Shown here: piece by piece, positions 12,741-25,700 of the stretch | Numbering within the stretch: position 1 is the stretch's first letter | Layout of the letters: each line of letters starts with the position of its first letter | Translations under genes and position numbers: made by a program | Assembly (NCBI GenBank): GCA_028023455.1 | Contig: JAQFVV010000009.1 | Location: 5,642,001-5,706,000 of the forward strand | Length of the DNA stretch: 64,000 nucleotides | Source of the DNA: Epiperipatus broadwayi | Lineage: Eukaryota > Animalia > Onychophora | Reading direction: 5' to 3' | The notes under the pieces: generated by a model | What the model was told of the DNA's origin: nothing | Seen by the model: the letters and a program-made list of their open reading frames with translations, nothing else | Database searches by the model: none

Positions 12741-13033
12741 AATTATAGAGGATTTGAACCTAGACTTTAAAGCTCCCTTTGGTCATCCACTTCATCTTAT
12801 ACAACTGATACACATGACCACATAATGTGAAAAAGATAAATGATCTCCAATATACATATACATGTGTGGGAGATGGATAATCTGGATGAACTAATGAGTG
12901 CTGGTTCAGTGCGAAATACATATATTGGAGATCATTTATTTTTCACATGTATGTGATCATGGGTATCAGTTCTAGAAGATGGAATGGGTGACAAAAAGGA
13001 GTTTGAAAGTCTGTGTTTAAATCCCCTATAATT
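12741..13033 (+). mobile_element. Hammerhead-bearing fold-back element, family 2, insertion A
   Basis: Inverted arms 12741-12859 and ~12915-13033, both ending aattatag(a/g)ggattt. Homologous to 13408-13745. Confidence 0.75.
12887..12928 (+). ncRNA. Degenerate type I hammerhead motif (family 2)
   Basis: tgaa-CTAATGA-gtgctg-gtt-cagtgc-GAAA-tacata-t-a-ttgg; core G5 is mutated to A and stem I is mismatched. Confidence 0.55.
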
Positions 13034-13490
13034 AAATATATATATATATAATATAATGAAATATTAATATTCATAAATTACATACATGTATTATCATCAG
13101 TAATTAAAAGTACAGATCACAATTTAATAGCAGTTTTTTTTTTCTATTTTATTCTTTTACCAAGATTAGCTAAGCTAGATATATATTTGATGACCAATAC
13201 TTTGTATATTTTAGTTATGTAGACTATACTTAAAAAAAAAAAAATCGTAAGCTTTTTGAAATTTACCTGACCCAGATTTGAGATTCAAGGCATACATACG
13301 TTAGGCATATTAGGAAATAACTATGAATATATATATATATAGATGAAAATAAAAAAATTTACTTGTCTCATTATTTAAATACAAGTATAGTATATATACT
13401 TAAGCTAAACCCAGATTTTCATATTCTCTTCAGTCATTCACTGCATCTTATACAACCGATACACATGACCACATACATGTGAAAATGATA

Positions 13491-13547
13491 ATATCTCCAA
13501 TATACATATTTCATGCTGAACCAGCACTCATCAGTTGGTCTGGATAT
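13491..13547 (-). ncRNA. Type I hammerhead ribozyme motif (family 2), best-preserved copy
   Basis: atatc-caga-CCAA-CTGATGA-GTGCTG-gtt-CAGCAT-GAAA-TATGTA-T-A-TTGG-a-gatat. Stem I CCAA/UUGG plus distal AUAUC/GAUAU, 6-bp stem II, near-palindromic stem III, predicted AUA cleavage triplet. Confidence 0.75.
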
Positions 13548-13605
13548 CATTTCCCATATATAATCAAGCAATGATTATATATATGTGTGGGAAATGATAT
13601 CCAGA

Positions 13606-13647
13606 CCAACTGATGAGTGCTGGTTTAGCATGAAATACTTATATTCA
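13606..13647 (+). ncRNA. Type I hammerhead motif (family 2), stem I damaged
   Basis: ccaa-CTGATGA-gtgct-ggttt-agcat-GAAA-tactta-t-a-ttca. Confidence 0.6.
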
Positions 13648-16600
13648 AGATTTTTTTTTTTGCAGGTATGTGATCATGTGTATTGGTTGAATAAAATGGA
13701 ATGATGACTGGAGGGAGCTTGAAAATCTGGGTTCAAATCCCCTCTCATCTACTTTTGTGAAACTTAATTGATGAAATAATTATCCAGGCAACTAATGGAA
13801 GTTTTTTAAAGCTAAGGTTTCATTCTTTTCTGCTTATATACAAAAAAATATGTATAATTCAAAAGTATTATTACATATATCCTCTAATATATTTGAATAA
13901 AAATTGTTTTTGTATAGCAAATTATAACAACCTTCTTTATTAGATGCTAAATTTATTTATTAGTTTCATATCAATAAAGATAAAAATCAGAAATATGTTT
14001 GATCATGAAAATTAGTGCTATAACATCTTATATCTATTGATTATTTAAGCTTACAGTAAATAGAGTAGGATGAAGAGAACTTCTTGAAGCATAAAAAGGA
14101 ATAAGCATATGAGAAATTAATGTATTAATTTTCTTAGAAAAAGAGTGATCCATATAACTATGTTGACAAGTCTTGGGTTCAGAACCTTGAGATTTTTTTT
14201 TTTTTATAATTCAGGCTATTAGTTTAAATAAGATGGAGTAAAAGATGTGTCCTAGATAGATTATATATTAATTCCAGATTTGAATCCTAATTTTCAATGA
14301 TGAAAGCAAAAGCCACAAATAAGTCTGAAGTTTGAATATTATAACATTATATTATCTGAAATTCATTAATTATTCAAGCTAACAGTAGATGGCTCTAGAA
14401 TTGTACTTTATAGATAAATGGCATTAATTTGAAAAAATGTTTAAAAAATTGTTACTGCTTTGCTATATATGAGCATTGCCTATAAGCTATGAACTGTTTT
14501 TAATAATAAAATACTATTAAAATGAAGATGTCCAAATAGTTTGCAAACAGAAACAATAAAGGTGGAGGGAGTGGATATTACAGCTTTATGATCTCATCTG
14601 AATCTCAGTTTTTCAGGTTATCTCTTCTGCAGTAAATATTAATTTTACTTTTAAATAATTATTTGATAAATTGTTTTAATAGATATCTGTCTTAAATTCT
14701 CAGATTGTGTATAAATAAAAAAGTATTTTGGATCACATACAATTTTTTTTTAATTATTTATTGTTGCATTTGATTAAAACTCAGGTGCTGATATTTCACA
14801 CTGGATTTGAGAATCAAATTCTTTAAATGGCCATTTAAGTACAATGTAGAAAATAAGAGCATTGCATGTTTTCTGGAATTCACATTCTAATATTTAGTGA
14901 AGCATTAAATCAGTTTTAACAGTAAACATTTGTGGATTAATGAGACTTTTATGAAAGATAGAAAAAGTATATAGTTTAAAAACTACTGTGTAGTAAATCA
15001 AAAGCTGTATGTTTATAATTAGAACTCAGTGAGTTGAGTATGAAGATATTTAAGATTCACGCTTTCAGATCTAAGTACTTTGGACTGGCTTGGATATATA
15101 GAAAGACAAGTAAAGAAGAGAGTGGAACCACTCTTTTCTTGTTAAATTCTCAATCTCCATATTTATGATTTGATTGGCTAAGCGCTTGAGAGGTTTGCAC
15201 TCTCTCAGTTTAATTTCAATACCGTCTGCGCTTTGTAAAATAAATATTATTTACATATATAGTTTAGACTACAATTGAATGTAAGTATGAATAATTAATA
15301 GAAAATAAAATTGTAATGGAGAAGGGTAAAAAAAATAGGTTAGAACATTAGAAATATTAGGAGAGAAAATACATTTGATCTATTTTGAAGAAACGAGTAA
15401 GAAACTTATTTTTATGTTTATTAAAACGTGTAAGAAAACTTTATTATTCATTTGGTATAGTTAGAAAAATGGTGATCACTAATCAGGCATTCAGTTTTAG
15501 CAAAGGATTTTGCAATATTTTGTCAGTAAATTATAAGAACAAATAAAAATATTCTATCAGAACTAAATAATCCACAACACCTTAATTCACTGCTTTCCTT
15601 TTGATTTATTTTTACTGAATTCACATATGTGAACAAAAATTATATTATTATTAAATAAATAATGAAAGGACATACTTCTCCGGATTTCATGAGTTCGATC
15701 ACCTGAAGTTACAGAGCCTAGTAATGATTTATGGATTTTGAACTCCAAAGTCCACCTCTCTACCACCACCCCTAACTATGCAGGGCATTTTATTATTAAA
15801 AATAATAATAATTATTTATTAAATTGAAGTAAAACAAGATATTAAAAGAAAACAGTAGATTACGACTTGCTATGAATTATTTATGAAACTGATTTAAATG
15901 TGGGAAGAGAAATGATTTTTAGAGTTTTAACATTTAAATTTTTATAGTCAGAACTTATTACCGTTGGATATAAAATTGAAATAATAATTGTGTAGAATAA
16001 AACACATGCTGTTATAAAGAATATAGTTATATGGCTGTTTTAGACTGGCTTTTTTATAGTTATTTATATCAGCTTAAATAGTAATTATAAGAAATATTGA
16101 TTTAGAGCGTTGTTATGAAGAATGTGTAAGAAGAATCGAAGTGTGAGAGGAAACTAAGTAGACAAATATATATACTGTATATTGTTGACCTTAGGGGAAG
16201 TTACTTTGATCTAATATTAAAAGAATGCGTAATATAGTAGGAGAAAAGTAATCAGCAATAATGGTTAGTAGTAACCTTCAAGACAATGTCCGAATCAAAT
16301 TTATGTAAAAAAATATATTTTATTTTCATAGTCATTATTACATTAGAGAAAAGTCTAATATTGTTATCTAAAAGTGTAAATAGATTTAAAAAAAAAAAAA
16401 AAGTGTAAATAGATAATATTGCAAAAAAAAAAAAGTTTGGAATTGAGATTTATTATAATCTTATTAAATCCTAAATTATGGGTTTATAAGCCATCAGAGG
16501 GAGCAAGTTACTAGGTAATGTCTTTTAAATATCGTAGAAAGACATAAATTTTACAAAATAATAGAGTTAAAGATGTTAAAGGTTAAATCTTGATGTTTTA

Positions 16601-18199
16601 TCTCTATAAAGAATATATTGTTACTATAGTAACGAACCCCTCCGCTTATCTCTGGAAGTCATCCGCTATTAATTGTCATAGAAACATAATCCTCAGTCTG
16701 ACAATTCATTCTTCATCAGCTCTAGTTAATTTTTCATCCTATGAACTGGAATATATTTTTTATTTACGTAGTTGCTATAGTGATAAGAAATTTAAACATC
16801 TAGACACTCAGGCTATATTTAAAATATTATTTTTGATCTACAAAAGAAAAAAAATACAGTATATCTTCTTATTTTATAAGATTTTTTTTTAAAAATAAAA
16901 TAAAATTGTAATTTATATTCTAAAGAATAATGGGAGGGTAATGGAGAAGAAATAAGTGATTTGTAAGTTGGAACGGATAATTGGATGATTGGAGTTTGAA
17001 ATTATTCACAATTAAACTTTCCTTTTGAATTGTATGATATCTTAATGGTTCTGTCAAAATTTTTATTTTTTCATGCTGTAAGTTCCATTATTATCTAGAT
17101 CAGATAAAAAGAGAGAAAGAGAAAAAAATAGCTTTCCTCACCGAGCTTTAAATAATTTTATTTTATTTTTTTAAAAAAAAAACAAACTTTAAAAATGATT
17201 TTATTTTTGTGTCTATTGGGCATGTCACTTATAATGTTTATTGTTCTTGCTATTAATTGTATTTGTGTATAGGCAGTTTGTTGTGGTCCAAACCATTTGC
17301 ATGCAAGCTCTATATTCAATTAATTTAGTTGCATTAGTGATTTCATTGTTATGAAATACTATAATTTTTAAAAATAACAGCTGCATATTTGTTATACCTC
17401 TACGTCATCATTGGCTGATCAAGACCTTAAAGTTTTTGAACATTAATTACTAAACTCAAATCTTTATATGGTGCATTCAAAACATTAAGTATATTCTGTA
17501 GATCGTTTTATGAATTTGTAAGAATAGCACAACTAATATCATACTTTAAATGCAGAAGCTAAGAAAATGAGGTTTTTGTTTTTTTAGTCAATTTAAATCG
17601 AAAGTTCCCTCATCATATCTATATCACATTTAGTTACCTGATTCATGAAAAAAACCTATGAACAGTTCCAAAGACTATTCTTATAATAATCAGAAACAAA
17701 GCTAGAATTAAAACACATCATTGTTTAATAGCAGTTTTCATTCTAAATGCTTCAGATTTTTTCTATGTGTTGACATAATATAAAAATATTAGAAAAAATT
17801 CATTTAAGGATGCTCTATAAAATTCTAAAAATACATTAGTAAAGTCATAATTTAAACCAATGGATATGTCTTTCAAGTTGCTGGATATGATATTATATAG
17901 TTCACAATTTATAAAATCACATCTTCATTGGATTGAAATAAATGAGCAATGCATAACTTTCTAGAAAAATATTTTAATGAATCTGAATATGGTTTTTACG
18001 ATAGAGGTAAACCCCATTTATGTTACAAAAATTATTTCAAAAACACTTAAAAGCAGACAATATTGATTGTTTTCATTAAGAATATATGGCTAAAGATAAA
18101 ATGTAATGGAGGGCTACAATTTTTACAAAACATTAAAATCAGAAAGGTTTTCTATAGAAGTATTGAAAAGGCAGCATCCCAAGATATTTTAAGTAAATG

Positions 18200-20025
18200 A
18201 TATATCATCATCAACCATTATCAATCCACTGCAGGATGAAGGTCTCTCCAAGTTCAATCCATCTTTTCCTATCTTTAGCTTCTCTTTTCCACATCACCCC
18301 TGCTCACTTTCTTATTTCATCCATCCATCTCACATGTGGTCTCTTTCTGGGTCTTTTACAATCTCTTGGAATCCAGTTTAAAATTTTCAATTGTCCATCT
18401 ATTATCATCTCTTCTAGCAATATGTCCAGCCCAACTCCACTTCAGTCTTTTAATTTTTTCAATGAGGTCAGTAACACCTGTTTGTTCTCTTACCCATACA
18501 TTGCGTTTTCGATCCCTTCTTATTACTCCCAACATGGATCTCTCCATACTTCTTTGAGTGGTCTGAAGTCTCTGTATTGCTTCACAATTATACTTTCTTA
18601 TATCATTTTCAACTATTTCCGCACCATTTTACAAAATTCAAGATATTCAATCTTTTTTAATGCATCATTATTGTATATCCTCATATTCCTTCTTTTCTTC
18701 ATAAATTCTCTAGTCTCAATAGAAATTTTATTGGTCAATTGCTGCTTTTTTTCTACCAGCTATCTTTGTTGCAGTTTTTAAAAGTGTATCAGTTATTTTC
18801 CTATTAATGTCATTCAAATCTGAATCATGTTCAAAATCTACTAATACTTGAAACCGATTTGTAAGTTCTAATTTAAATTCATTAGAATGTTTCTGAAGAT
18901 TAGGAATATCAACTGTAAATATTGTTTTTCTTAATAATTTTTGTCTCTCTAGTTTTGCATTAACATGTATCTTACATCTTACTAATCGATGATTACTTCC
19001 TGTGTTAAATTTATTAAGAACATTACAATCTTGAAATATGTATTTTCTGTTCAGCAAAATATAATTCAATTCTGCTGTACCTTCATTTGGATGCTTCCTT
19101 GTCCATTTCCTTTTAGCATTTTTCTCAAAAAAAGAATTCATAATATAAAGTTTTTCTTTTTCTGCAAACTCCACAAGTCTATGTTCTCACATAACCAAAA
19201 TTACTCACAGCATTTTCATCTTTCATTTGTTTACCAATTCTAGCATTAAAGTCTCCCATAACAATTTTAAAATGTTTACTCTGATCAAAAGCCTTTAATA
19301 CATCCATATAAAAATCTTCTAAAACTTCATCACTATGAGAACTTGTTGGGGCATAAACCTGAATTATCTGCATTTGGTATCTGCTATTAAGCTGTAAAAT
19401 TAATCTTGCCACTCTGTCCAATACACCATCAATCTCCACAATGTTATTCTTCCATTTTTTATTTATAATGAATCCTACTCCACTTGTATTTCCAATATTT
19501 GTGCCTTTATAGTAGAGTATATGTCCACTTTTTAAATCAATTGTTTCTTCACCTTTTCTTTTAACTTAGTCCAATAATGTCCCATTTAATATAAGACAGT
19601 TCTTCTAACTCTTGCAATCTTCATTTGAAAGTGATCTGCAGTTGTAAGTACCTAAATAAAAAGTCATCATCAAATGGCAGCCTGAGTCCACAATCAGGGG
19701 ATTCTTAGCATCCTCCTCCTTTGGCCACCAACTGCTGCTTTGGTTGGTGACTTTACAGCATCCTGGGAATAAGGGCCATGATTTATTTTTGTTTGTAATG
19801 ATTGTATATATTGGAAAATTCTTAAACTCGGACATAAAAAGCCAATAAACTCACCATGCTGGCCAATGCATGTTGGTGAGCAGCCCATCCATGTTCGTAT
19901 ACTATATGAATAATCACACAGTAATAACAGCTTCAACAACAAGAATGTATGGAGTGGACATTAGGAATTTGCCCTGCTCAGTTCCTTTAAGGTCTCCAAG
20001 AGGAATCAAAGGGTCTCCTTTTAGT
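18200..20025 (-). mobile_element. RTE LINE with 5' UTR, endonuclease region and 3' end, but RT domain internally deleted
   Basis: MTFYLGTYNCRSLS, VMGDFNARIG and LNYILL endonuclease motifs; the junction at ~18580 fuses ENDIRKYNCE to AIQRLQTT; GAT-type tail at ~18200. Matches 31350-34480. Confidence 0.9.
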
Positions 20026-20730
20026 TAATAGCAAACTCCTTTTTGCAGCCTAATGACATATATATGAGTATATATTTGTGGTGCATGGATTGGTTTGTAT
20101 AGATACAAACTTATCCCTCTTGGTGTATTATTATCCCCCCCCACCCCTCTTTGATTTAGAATGGCTTACTTTTTTGTGAATGGATGCTACTATTGATGGT
20201 TGTTCAATAAATGGATAATATATGTCAATTTTATATGAGAAAGTAACCTATTGTTATTGTTTTTTCTTGTGGGGAGAAACTATCAATATTCCAATTACAA
20301 TATTTGCCATTATATAAAATATTCTAAGTGGAAAACACTTCATGAAATGCAGTGCGCACATCTCAATATTAGAATTGACCAGCATGGAAAGACAAATCTT
20401 ATTGAAATGATATAATCATTCATTATGGAAAAATTAATGGGTGAAAATGACTGAACATGTTGAATGAATATGTTAATTGCTACAGTCAGCAATGAGCTTT
20501 AAAAAGCAGTTTCATGTTTTTTCTGAATACAAAGTTCTACATTTTTTGCAGGGAAAAAATATTAGGACTTTATGTTGAAAGGGATTATGTAAAAAAATAA
20601 ATTAATTATTATTACAAAGAACTCTAAATTATTTTTAAAAAAGTTTTTTTTTTTTTTCAAAATTTATAAAACTGGATATCATTCACATATCTATGCAAGT
20701 ATATCTATCATCAGAACCAAAGGCTTGATT

Positions 20731-20880
20731 TAACATAGTGGTGAAACAATTGGACTTGAGAGGTGAAGAATCTTGGATCAATTCCATGCTAAGAAATATG
20801 AAAAAATTAGTATCAACTTTGGTAAAGTAAATGGAATTATCACTTTGATGCTAAATGCCACTTGTTTTTATAAGCAACTG
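20731..20880 (+). mobile_element. Possible degraded tRNA-derived SINE head
   Basis: A-box-like taacatagtgg (20731) and B-box-like ggatcaattcc (~20775) at tRNA-like spacing; no cloverleaf recovered. Confidence 0.3.
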
Positions 20881-22299
20881 ACAATATAATAATTATTAAT
20901 AAAGTTAAAGGTTTTCACTATGCTGTCATAATTCTTTATTTTAAGCATCTTGAAAAAAGAGGGAATTGTAATATTATCAATTCTCTTTAGCAAGAATCAG
21001 GAGAGGTCTTGGCCATATGTAGTCTATTTGAAGATTGCATTGCACATGCATTGATATATATGTATCACTCTAAAGATAAGTATCACTCTAAAGGCTTTAA
21101 TAGTATTAGTCATGCATTGATTATTTAAAATATTTTTAAAAAAATTAATCTATTACATTTATTTAATATACAGTATATTTCTTATAATAACTTCTTTCAG
21201 AAACCCTTTGGTACAAAAATTTTTTTTAATAAAACTTCTTTATTTTTCTGACAAAATTTCATCTGTAAAGGAAAAGAATAAGAGTATATACTTCTAATAC
21301 ATTTATTGAAATGAATAAAAAATGTTTTAAAATTAAGTTCATTTGTAGCTTCATTGCTCTGAAGTTCTTAAAAATTTCTCATGTTGAAAGTCACAAAGTA
21401 AGCAGTTTGCCATTCATGCACTGCACCAAAACTATGCACATCAGCACTATTTAATGGAATTAATTTATTGATGTGAACATTTTTTATATAGAATATATGT
21501 TATATTTTATTTAAATGACCAAAAGAAAGTCATTCAACTTTTTGTTCACCTCAGATTCTTATAGTAAGGAACCATATCACATTGCTTTTTTTTATGCCTA
21601 GACTATATGCTTCCAAGATCAGATCTTTTAATTCATATTCTACAGCTATTTACGTTCACCATGTGTAATTTATTATTCATTGATGACTGGATGAAGAGAT
21701 CTGTTTTTATAAGTAATTTATAATTGTGAGCAACAATCATTATGTTTATGTTTAATAATTTCAAACAACAACAACAATAAAATATAAACAAGCAAATAAA
21801 AAATAGATTTAATGATTTTATTCACTCATTTAATTTTAAGCAAAATCTATATGTATTCTTTTTGGAAGATGAGTTTTGCATTTAAAAATATTAACAATAC
21901 CCATTATAGGTGCAATATCATTTATTCCAATTTTTTTTCTTTTTATATATATATATACATTTTTTTAATACACATATTTATTTTTTCAATAAGGTTTCAA
22001 ATTATAATAATTATTTTTAACATTCTTTGATATTTTTTTTCTTTTCTAATCCATCTCAATACTTTTTCTTAGTGTAAATAAGATTTTTTGACAATGAATT
22101 GGGTATGTGCATTAATAAATCAGAAGTTTGGGAGATCATTCTGCATTTTTGATTTTTTCATCACCCCTAATTAAAGATATATTAATTATGAACTAATAAT
22201 TTAACAGTAATCATTTGCTCATCATTATAATCACTCTATGTTTTAAAGTACTTGTAGGTTGCTGGAAACATAAATTAATATTAATTGTAAATATTAAGA

Positions 22300-22710
22300 A
22301 ATAACTATTAATATTAATATCTATTGAATATATAATTTTCTTCTTCCTTTTCCAATGTATTGATTTTTCCTTTTACATATCATACCATTTACAACTTTCT
22401 TAAACACTTTAACAATACTATTTTTTATATCAAAACTTTATTCTAACAGTTTCGACTCTCCTGCAGTCATCATCAGAGTTTCAATATTCAAATATATAAT
22501 TATATAATTAATACATTTTACGCACATATACATAATTAAATACACAAATAAAACATATATTTTAACCTGACCATTACAAATAATCTTTTCCTATTTTATT
22601 ACTTAACTCTTAAATAATTCTATCTACATTTATTTTATATTACTTCATTTTATTTTTGATATAAAAAATAGTATTGATAAAGTATTTAAGAAAGTGTAAA
22701 TGGTATCTGT
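22300..22710 (-). mobile_element. Penelope-type pLTR relic with hammerhead motif (family 3) and partial inverted repeat
   Basis: 22382-22435 is the reverse complement of 22654-22706; a hammerhead-like core lies between them. Boundaries approximate. Confidence 0.55.
22441..22480 (-). ncRNA. Minimal hammerhead-like motif (family 3)
   Basis: act-CTGATGA-t-GACT-gcaggag-AGTC-GAAA-ctgtt-aga. 4-bp stem II; extra U after the core as in Penelope-type minimal motifs; stem I is only 2 bp. Confidence 0.5.
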
Positions 22711-25700
22711 TGAATATATGTTTACTATACATTCTGTATCTTAAACAATTATTTTTATAAATGGATAAAGATTAACAGTGATTTACTAATAAACAGTATT
22801 GTTGATACATCAATAATCGTCATTCATTCTTGAATATCTCCTGCTACTTTGTAGGATACATGAAAGACTAGATATGGTGTCAATATAAAAAAAAAATTTA
22901 ATCTGTCTATGCCTTTTTCTTTCATTGGATCTTCATTTTTTTTTTACATTAGTTTATCAGCTTTCATAATTATAATAAATTATTAATTGTCATTATTAAT
23001 TAAATATTCTCTCTGTTTATTTTTATTATTTATATATCTGATTTTATTCTTTAATTTGAATTAATTTTTCTGCCTCCCTTCTCCCTCCTATTTCTCTTAA
23101 TATAAAATTATGATCACTTGATCTAGCTTTTTATTCTTTTCACATTGTTTAAATTTCTCTGTCATTGTGATTATCTTTTTATCTCTTAATAAGTACATTT
23201 TTATCACTTTTTTTTGCCTATGTAAACTCATCTTCATATTGATATAATTTATTTCCTACATCTAGTTCTGTTTTGTTTTTTTGCAAAAAAAAATCTTACA
23301 TTTTCATACTTCTTAATGACAGTTGCTGTTATATTTTTGTCTATTATTATCATTCATATTCCTTTCTCTAAAAAAAAAAAAAATGAGTATTTTTTATCAA
23401 GCATCCAAATATTTTGTTATTTAAACTGTTCTTCTTTTCATAGCTATGAATATTACTCTTAGTCATTACTCAGCTTTGAATCCAGGTCTGTATTTTATTG
23501 TTTCATTGTTCATGTTGTTGTTATAATTAAACAATATTTTCTTCTCTTTCTCTTATATAATAGTAATTAAAAGCTGATTTATCTTCATCTTGAAATTATG
23601 TTTTCATTAAAGCTTTTTTTCACTTATTGTTTTCTCAAGCATTCCATTTTCAATTTTCTCTTTTCTCAGCATAGTTAAAAATTCAACATATATATTTATA
23701 TACCTTTTAAACTTTTTTCTTTTCATTTTCCTATTTTACTCTTAATTTCTATGACAACATAATTATCATCCTTTTTTTTCATCATCATTTCTTAATATTG
23801 TTTCTCTCTTTTATAATAGTGTTTTTAATAACAAAAATTTAAAATAACTGTTTTTTTAATATTCTTTTATTTGCATAAAACATAATTCAACAATCGATAA
23901 AATACATAGCATCTTCTCTAGTTTCATATTTACCATTGCAATCTTCTTACAGTAGATCTGAGCAATAATCCTAATGCAGCATGGTTTTATTATTGTATTT
24001 CCTTTGATTCCTAATTCCATTTTTTTATATTCTGAGCTTTCAGCATTCATGACAAGTTTAAAAAATTAGAAAAATAATTCAATAAATTGGGTGTTCATTA
24101 TTTTTGTTTCTTTTGGCAATTACATGAACTTGCCAATCAAATTTTTTGATGTATCACACAATGCTATTGATATTAAAATTAATTATTGTTTGGATAAAAA
24201 AGTAAATTCATTTTTTATCTGCACCTAAACTTTTACAGTTTATAAATTAATCAATGATAACTTACAAAGAAAATTTTTAATATGCCTTAGAAAAAGTTTA
24301 ATGTAAGCTAATTAAAATGGATTTCAGTAATATCTTGGGTGTTTTAAGACTTGCCCTTAATATTTATCAATATCTAGCTTGATGAAAAATCGATTCAATT
24401 TTTCATCTGAATGTAATTAGCTTTGATACTAGATGACATGATTGGATATTTTTAAAATATTGATATGTGAATAATTTGTTAATAAAATTGCCAATCTAGT
24501 GATAATGGATTTGGTTTATTATTAATATATGGAAAATTGTTGATCCCATGTTGGTTTCAAAATTTTAGAATATTTGAATTTTGAAGAGATTGTTGTTTGG
24601 ATGAAAGTAAAAATTGAATGTTTATTATCAGAAAATTAAATTATTATGACCAAGGACTTAGTGCTTATTCACTTTAAAGTTTAGGATGTTAGATTTTATA
24701 ATAATATCTATATAATTTTTTTTCAAGTTTGATTAATTAAAGTATTATTAAGTTAAAGAAGAGAAATCCAAGTCCTTTTCATAAAAACTAAGCATAATTT
24801 AAGCTATTATTTTTATAGTTTTTGTATAATGCTGCAAATAGATTATCATATAATTTTTATCACGTCATCATCTATTAATATTTTATTAATGGAACTTCTA
24901 TTGTTACTTTTTGTTTTAATATTTGTTATTCAGTTAGGTCTTTATTGAAATAATGATAATAATGCAGTACATGTAAATGTGAAATTTCAATCAGGGATCA
25001 TGTTATATTTATATAATAACTTATATATTCATAAAATGCCATAACAAAATATTGTATAAGCTTTGATATCCTTTTTTTATATCCAATAAAAATATCTTAA
25101 ATTTCATATTAGTTATAAATTTAACAAAGAATTCATTGATGTCATAATAAACTTTTATTTTGATTTTAAAATTTATTTTAAAAGAAAATATTGCTAATTT
25201 TTTATTTAATTATATTACTATTTCTCAGAATATGTATATTTAAATTATTTTGAAAGCCATATTTCTATCTCTTTTTAAAAAAAAATATAAAATAAAACTT
25301 ATGAAATGCAACAATTAAAATAAAATGGAATAATATATTCTAGTTATTAAAAAGTAATGCATTAATTTTTAAAAAAAACTACTGCATAATAAACAAAAAT
25401 TTTAGAAATTTTCTTATTTAGAGGATTTGTCTTTGATGTAAACATTTGTTTTGAAATTAAAAACATAACAGATTACTGTGTGGTTACAGAATTTTTTTAT
25501 TTCTTAATATAAAATGTTTCTAGGCATGTTGCTTTTATATAAAGACTTGATTGTAGCATCCTTGGTTTGCAGTTAATTAATCTCATTCTCTCCAGTTTAC
25601 AATATTAATTAATATTATCTAATTGAATGGTTTATTGCTTGAAGTTTGAGTTTTGGCAGTAATAGAGCTGGCTATGATTCATGGTTTTTGAGCTCCAGAG

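Larger units (their letters stand above)
13408..13745. mobile_element. Hammerhead-bearing fold-back element, family 2, insertion B (~330 bp hairpin, 5-nt loop)
   Basis: 13408-13566 is the reverse complement of 13572-13733, with loop agcaa at 13567-13571. One hammerhead motif on each strand. Confidence 0.85.

Noticed and set aside
16590-16892. 100-aa ORF and similar 60-100 aa hydrophobic ORFs in the track
   Set aside because: F/I/L/Y-rich composition typical of random AT-rich DNA, or antisense to TE ORFs.
22720-24050. A-rich, coding-like minus-strand stretch next to the family 3 hammerhead
   Set aside because: No RT or GIY-YIG motif could be read, so it cannot be linked to the ribozyme.
24130-24560. 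Possible Penelope RT remnant (FDV.., ILDDMI on +; NMGSTIS on -)
   Set aside because: The motif-like fragments fall on opposite strands and are too degraded to call.
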